A stretch of 48,822 nt of DNA, taken from Kiritimatiellia bacterium (GTDB lineage: Bacteria; Verrucomicrobiota; Kiritimatiellia; SLAD01). Location of the stretch: NCBI GenBank assembly GCA_007130845.1, contig SLRP01000182.1, forward strand, positions 1 through 48,822, given 5' to 3'. Positions 45,943-48,822 of this stretch are shown here, piece after piece. A program made the translations under genes and the position numbers. Position 1 is the first letter of the stretch, and every line of letters starts with the position of its first letter. Under the pieces are notes generated by a model, which did no database searches, was not told the DNA's origin, and was given only the letters and a program-made list of their open reading frames with translations.

Positions 45943-47103
45943 ATGGATGAAACTCCGCCCAAACCCCCAGGGGATGAGGAAAGGCATGAACCCCGCCAGG
46001 TACGTGCCAGGGAATATGAATCCATTCATAACCGCATGTTTGTGGCCAGGATCGCCGTCACCGCCGTACTTCTGACGCTTTATCTGTTCACGGGCGCTTC
46101 AATGCAACTTGCGCAGGGTTTGGAAAACCGTTTTGACGATGCGTGGTGGCTGGTAAACTCCGTCTATATCGTCGTAACCCTTTTCTTCTTCTCGGCGATC
46201 ATGTTTCCGCTCAGCATGTACGGCGATTATTATATTGAGCGCCGTTACGGGCTCAGCAAGCAGAGCGCCAACAGCTGGTTCATGGATTATCTCAAGGGTC
46301 TGATCCTGGAACTCGTTCTAATGACCCTGTTCCTGTGGGTTATTTATGCCCTGTTCAGGTGGACTCCGGATTACTGGTGGGTATGGGCTACACTGGTATA
46401 CATCTTCCTGGCAGTAGTCTTGTCGGCTGTGGCGCCGGTGGTGATCATGCCGCTGTTTCATAAATTCGAGCCGCTGGAAGAATCGGAACTTACCAGGGCG
46501 GTGAGTGATTTTGTCGAGCGCGCCGGATTGAACGTAATAGGCGTGTACAAATGGGGGCTCCAGGAGAAAACCGAAACGGCAAATGCCGCGTTGGCGGGCC
46601 TTGGCAGGACACGCCGCATCATACTGGGCGATACCATGCTCAATGACTATACGAGGGATGAAATCCTCGCGGTTCTGGCTCATGAGGTCGGCCACTACAG
46701 AAACCGGGACATGTTACGCCTGATCGTAACAGGGTCTGTGCTGGCCTTTCTGGGTTTTTATGCGGCGGACATTGTTCTGCGAGCGCTCGTCGATGTGCTG
46801 GGCTTCGCCGGCGTACATGACATCGGCGCATTTCCCGTATTCATTTTTGCCCTGTTTGTCTTCTCCCTTGTTGTCATGCCTCTGTCCAACGCCTATTCCA
46901 GGAAACGTGAATTTGCGGCGGATGCTTATGCCGTACGGGCGATGGACTCTTCCGAACCCCTGATAGGTGCGCTCAATAAACTTGCCGATCAAAACCTTGC
47001 CGATAGAGAACCTCCGGCATGGATCGAGTTCCTCCTTCACGGTCATCCTTCCATATCAAGACGCATAGAACATGCGCGGTCAATAAACCGCCCGAATGAC
47101 TGA
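45943..47103 (+). CDS. M48 family (Ste24/HtpX-like) zinc metallopeptidase
   Basis: Multi-TM N-terminal half. HEVGH zinc motif and a downstream EFAADAYA block. ATG at 45943 lies 5 nt after the parB stop; the ORF-track TTG at 45934 would overlap parB. Confidence 0.8.
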   Translation: MDETPPKPPGDEERHEPRQVRAREYESIHNRMFVARIAVTAVLLTLYLFTGASMQLAQGLENRFDDAWWLVNSVYIVVTLFFFSAIMFPLSMYGDYYIERRYGLSKQSANSWFMDYLKGLILELVLMTLFLWVIYALFRWTPDYWWVWATLVYIFLAVVLSAVAPVVIMPLFHKFEPLEESELTRAVSDFVERAGLNVIGVYKWGLQEKTETANAALAGLGRTRRIILGDTMLNDYTRDEILAVLAHEVGHYRNRDMLRLIVTGSVLAFLGFYAADIVLRALVDVLGFAGVHDIGAFPVFIFALFVFSLVVMPLSNAYSRKREFAADAYAVRAMDSSEPLIGALNKLADQNLADREPPAWIEFLLHGHPSISRRIEHARSINRPND

Positions 47104-47169
47104 TTCGATTCCAAAAAGGGTCAGTTAATGGATATCGATGTTGGCGACAGCATGAATATTTATACCCAT

Positions 47170-47222
47170 ATCCGGGGACCGACCCCTTTTCTGCACGCTA
47201 GAATAACCTGTGGTCCGACCCC
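47170..47222. repeat. imperfect inverted repeat CCGGGGACCGACC / GGTCCGACCCCGG at the convergent junction and GC-content step
   Basis: 11 of 13 positions are complementary, with a 27-nt loop. The 5' arm can also form a short GGGG-ACCGA-CCCC hairpin followed by TTTT (a weak terminator for the M48 gene). Confidence 0.35.
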
Positions 47223-47282
47223 GGCATACATACCATCAATGAAGAGGATAACTTCTTGGTAGCTCCGTAAAGGGGCCACCGC

Positions 47283-48155
47283 TTATTTCCCGTCTTCCAA
47301 CCCCTGCTCAACCGGACGCACAACACTTCCATCCATCAAAACAATATGTTGTAAACGACCGCCAGATTCATCTCCGCCCCATACGCTGTAATACCACACA
47401 TCGAACTCATCCCACTCCGGCGATTCTGACTCGAAACGTCTTAATGTAATACTGCCTATATCACCTATAGCAATATCTTCGACTTCATATAATACAGCCA
47501 AAAGGTCACCAATAGATAGCGGCGGGTTACCACCCCTCCAAGAAGGAACCGATTGAAGGCGTGAAGACTCAACGGTATAATACAAAAGCGGAGATTCAGG
47601 GCCATATTTAGTGCGCATCAATACGACATTCTTGTTAACCCCGACCTTTTCAGAATTCGATAGATGTATATCCGGCTCATCCCTTTCACTGGACAGCCAT
47701 AAATATATTACACATCCCATAACCGCTATCATAGAGGCTGCATATACAAAGGAAGTATAATTATCTCGTTTGAAATATTTCCCCACATCGCTCATATAAG
47801 ATATTGTCAACACGCAGCCAATATATAAGGCCAATCCAATCGACAGTAATAGTGCATGGTTAGTTACCACAAACCACTCAGGCATTCTGGTCACAAGGTA
47901 CATGTCAACCGCAAGTGCAACCACACATACATGGCGCGCCATTGAAACAAGAAATATCAACCCTGTGAGACCTATCAGCCACAGCGAGTAGTTAAGTGTA
48001 AAAACAAAAGTCATCAACGGAGAAAAAGACGCACCCATGCGCATTTCATGGAACTCATCAGGAACTCGGCTAAGTGTTATAGATCCGATTACTCCACCCA
48101 GCAGCATTGCACATATATAAAGCGCTACCATTATTTTATACGTACGCAAGCTCAT
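47283..48155 (-). CDS. hypothetical membrane protein (N-terminal about 5 TM segments plus about 120-aa soluble C-terminal domain)
   Basis: 290-aa ORF with an ATG start in a lower-GC segment. No recognisable motif. Confidence 0.55.
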   Translation of the reverse strand: MSLRTYKIMVALYICAMLLGGVIGSITLSRVPDEFHEMRMGASFSPLMTFVFTLNYSLWLIGLTGLIFLVSMARHVCVVALAVDMYLVTRMPEWFVVTNHALLLSIGLALYIGCVLTISYMSDVGKYFKRDNYTSFVYAASMIAVMGCVIYLWLSSERDEPDIHLSNSEKVGVNKNVVLMRTKYGPESPLLYYTVESSRLQSVPSWRGGNPPLSIGDLLAVLYEVEDIAIGDIGSITLRRFESESPEWDEFDVWYYSVWGGDESGGRLQHIVLMDGSVVRPVEQGLEDGK

Positions 48156-48184
48156 AGTATTGATAACATGATATTTAAGCTTTA

Positions 48185-48601
48185 TTAAAAGAATTTTCTC
48201 TGGGTTACATTTCTATATCGATAGAATATTTCACTGTTTCCTGAATCCCTGCAGCGAAATACGTACTTTTCTAGACGCGGGTTACATACGCATTCGCATG
48301 TTATTTCGCTACATCGCTTTGTCTGTCGATCCCTCCACTGAAGAATTTCAACGTTGTCTATCCTCCCTTGTGTCAAATCAATATTCCGCTTGAGTTCACC
48401 CCATGAGCCGCATTTCAGACCGGTCTTTGTTTCTCCTGGGCTACAGCCTTCTCCCGATGGGTCATAATCCGGCCAGTCATCCGCCTTGCTCCAACCACTC
48501 ACTTCGGTATGAATATCCACAGTGCCAGCCGGCTCATAATTCAATTTGTGGTCAAGCTGATCGATAAAGAAATCCAAATATAAACCGGGGTCAGTCCGCA
48601 C
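48185..48601 (-). CDS. hypothetical Cys-rich protein
   Basis: 138-aa ORF with a GTG start overlapping the upstream ORF stop by 11 nt. 8 Cys. No signal peptide and no recognised motif. Confidence 0.4.
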   Translation of the reverse strand: MRTDPGLYLDFFIDQLDHKLNYEPAGTVDIHTEVSGWSKADDWPDYDPSGEGCSPGETKTGLKCGSWGELKRNIDLTQGRIDNVEILQWRDRQTKRCSEITCECVCNPRLEKYVFRCRDSGNSEIFYRYRNVTQRKFF

Positions 48602-48822
48602 ATATTAACATTATGGAATCAGTATTCCTATATCTGCCGCCTCTCCATTCTGTATATCCGTTTTTCAATATCATGATCCTGAATAAAGCAGTGGCAATCC
48701 AGTAGGATGCTGGTGTTTGTGCATGGTGGCAGGTTAAACATCGATCCGGATAATGTCTATACAGAAATCCGGGGAGTGACCCTGCCCCGGTGTTTGAATA
48801 GCCGGTCTTCGCGCAGAACAAC
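48591..48822 (-). CDS. hypothetical protein, 3' end only (gene continues beyond the window)
   Basis: Reading frame is open to the window edge. No recognised motif. Confidence 0.35.
   Translation of the reverse strand, partial: LFCAKTGYSNTGAGSLPGFLYRHYPDRCLTCHHAQTPASYWIATALFRIMILKNGYTEWRGGRYRNTDSIMLICAD

Noticed and set aside
48591-48601. The 11-nt overlap between ORFs 48591-48821 and 48185-48601 as a frameshifted single gene (pseudogene)
   Set aside because: An in-frame TAA lies 2 codons upstream of the GTG in the downstream frame, and overlap coupling is common. This cannot be decided without homologs, so both are annotated as separate low-confidence CDSs.

Overview
48,822-bp window, about 52% GC by eye, densely coding on both strands. 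I found no rRNA, tRNA, transposase, integrase or CRISPR array. The gene content indicates a diderm bacterium (TonB system, TolC, OM beta-barrels, LpxL-like acyltransferase); the phylum cannot be determined from this sequence alone.

Gene blocks:
1. queA 3' end, a membrane protein, a porin plus two tandem YceI-like genes, and an Rrf2 regulator.
2. A corrinoid uptake/salvage regulon. A btuFCD-like ABC importer (-) and btuB-exbB-exbD-tonB (+) diverge from a 780-bp region holding two mirror-image, nearly identical promoter + compact cobalamin-riboswitch units. cobU-cobT-cobS-cobC (-) lies downstream.
3. DASS and Na/Pi transporters, an OMP + DUF4202 pair, and FMN reductase/DoxX/DCC.
4. An LpxL-like gene and a four-gene MacAB-TolC-type efflux operon.
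5. SDR, DUF2059, Zn-ribbon rhomboid, mfd, GTP-PEPCK, a YdiJ-like FAD/Fe-S oxidoreductase, a BNR propeller, HAD, DUF2071, and an orphan parB tightly followed by an M48 peptidase.
6. A lower-GC terminal cluster of three unknown genes.

I could not recognise a new multi-gene protein system (defence, toxin or mobile). The unexplained signals are non-coding:
- A 464-bp module bounded by a perfect 16-bp direct repeat that overlaps the tonB stop codon. It contains a rod-like imperfect palindrome (about 48 bp of pairing) whose arms are built from 14-nt tandem units.
- A 22-bp-arm hairpin built from 12-nt tandem units in a 470-bp divergent intergenic region.
- A G-depleted hexamer-periodic tract in a 520-bp divergent intergenic region.
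- Three tandem 24-nt units upstream of the porin gene.
- A conserved TAGTGATCA element in both riboswitch promoters.

All functional calls rest on motif recognition by eye; no database search or folding computation was run.
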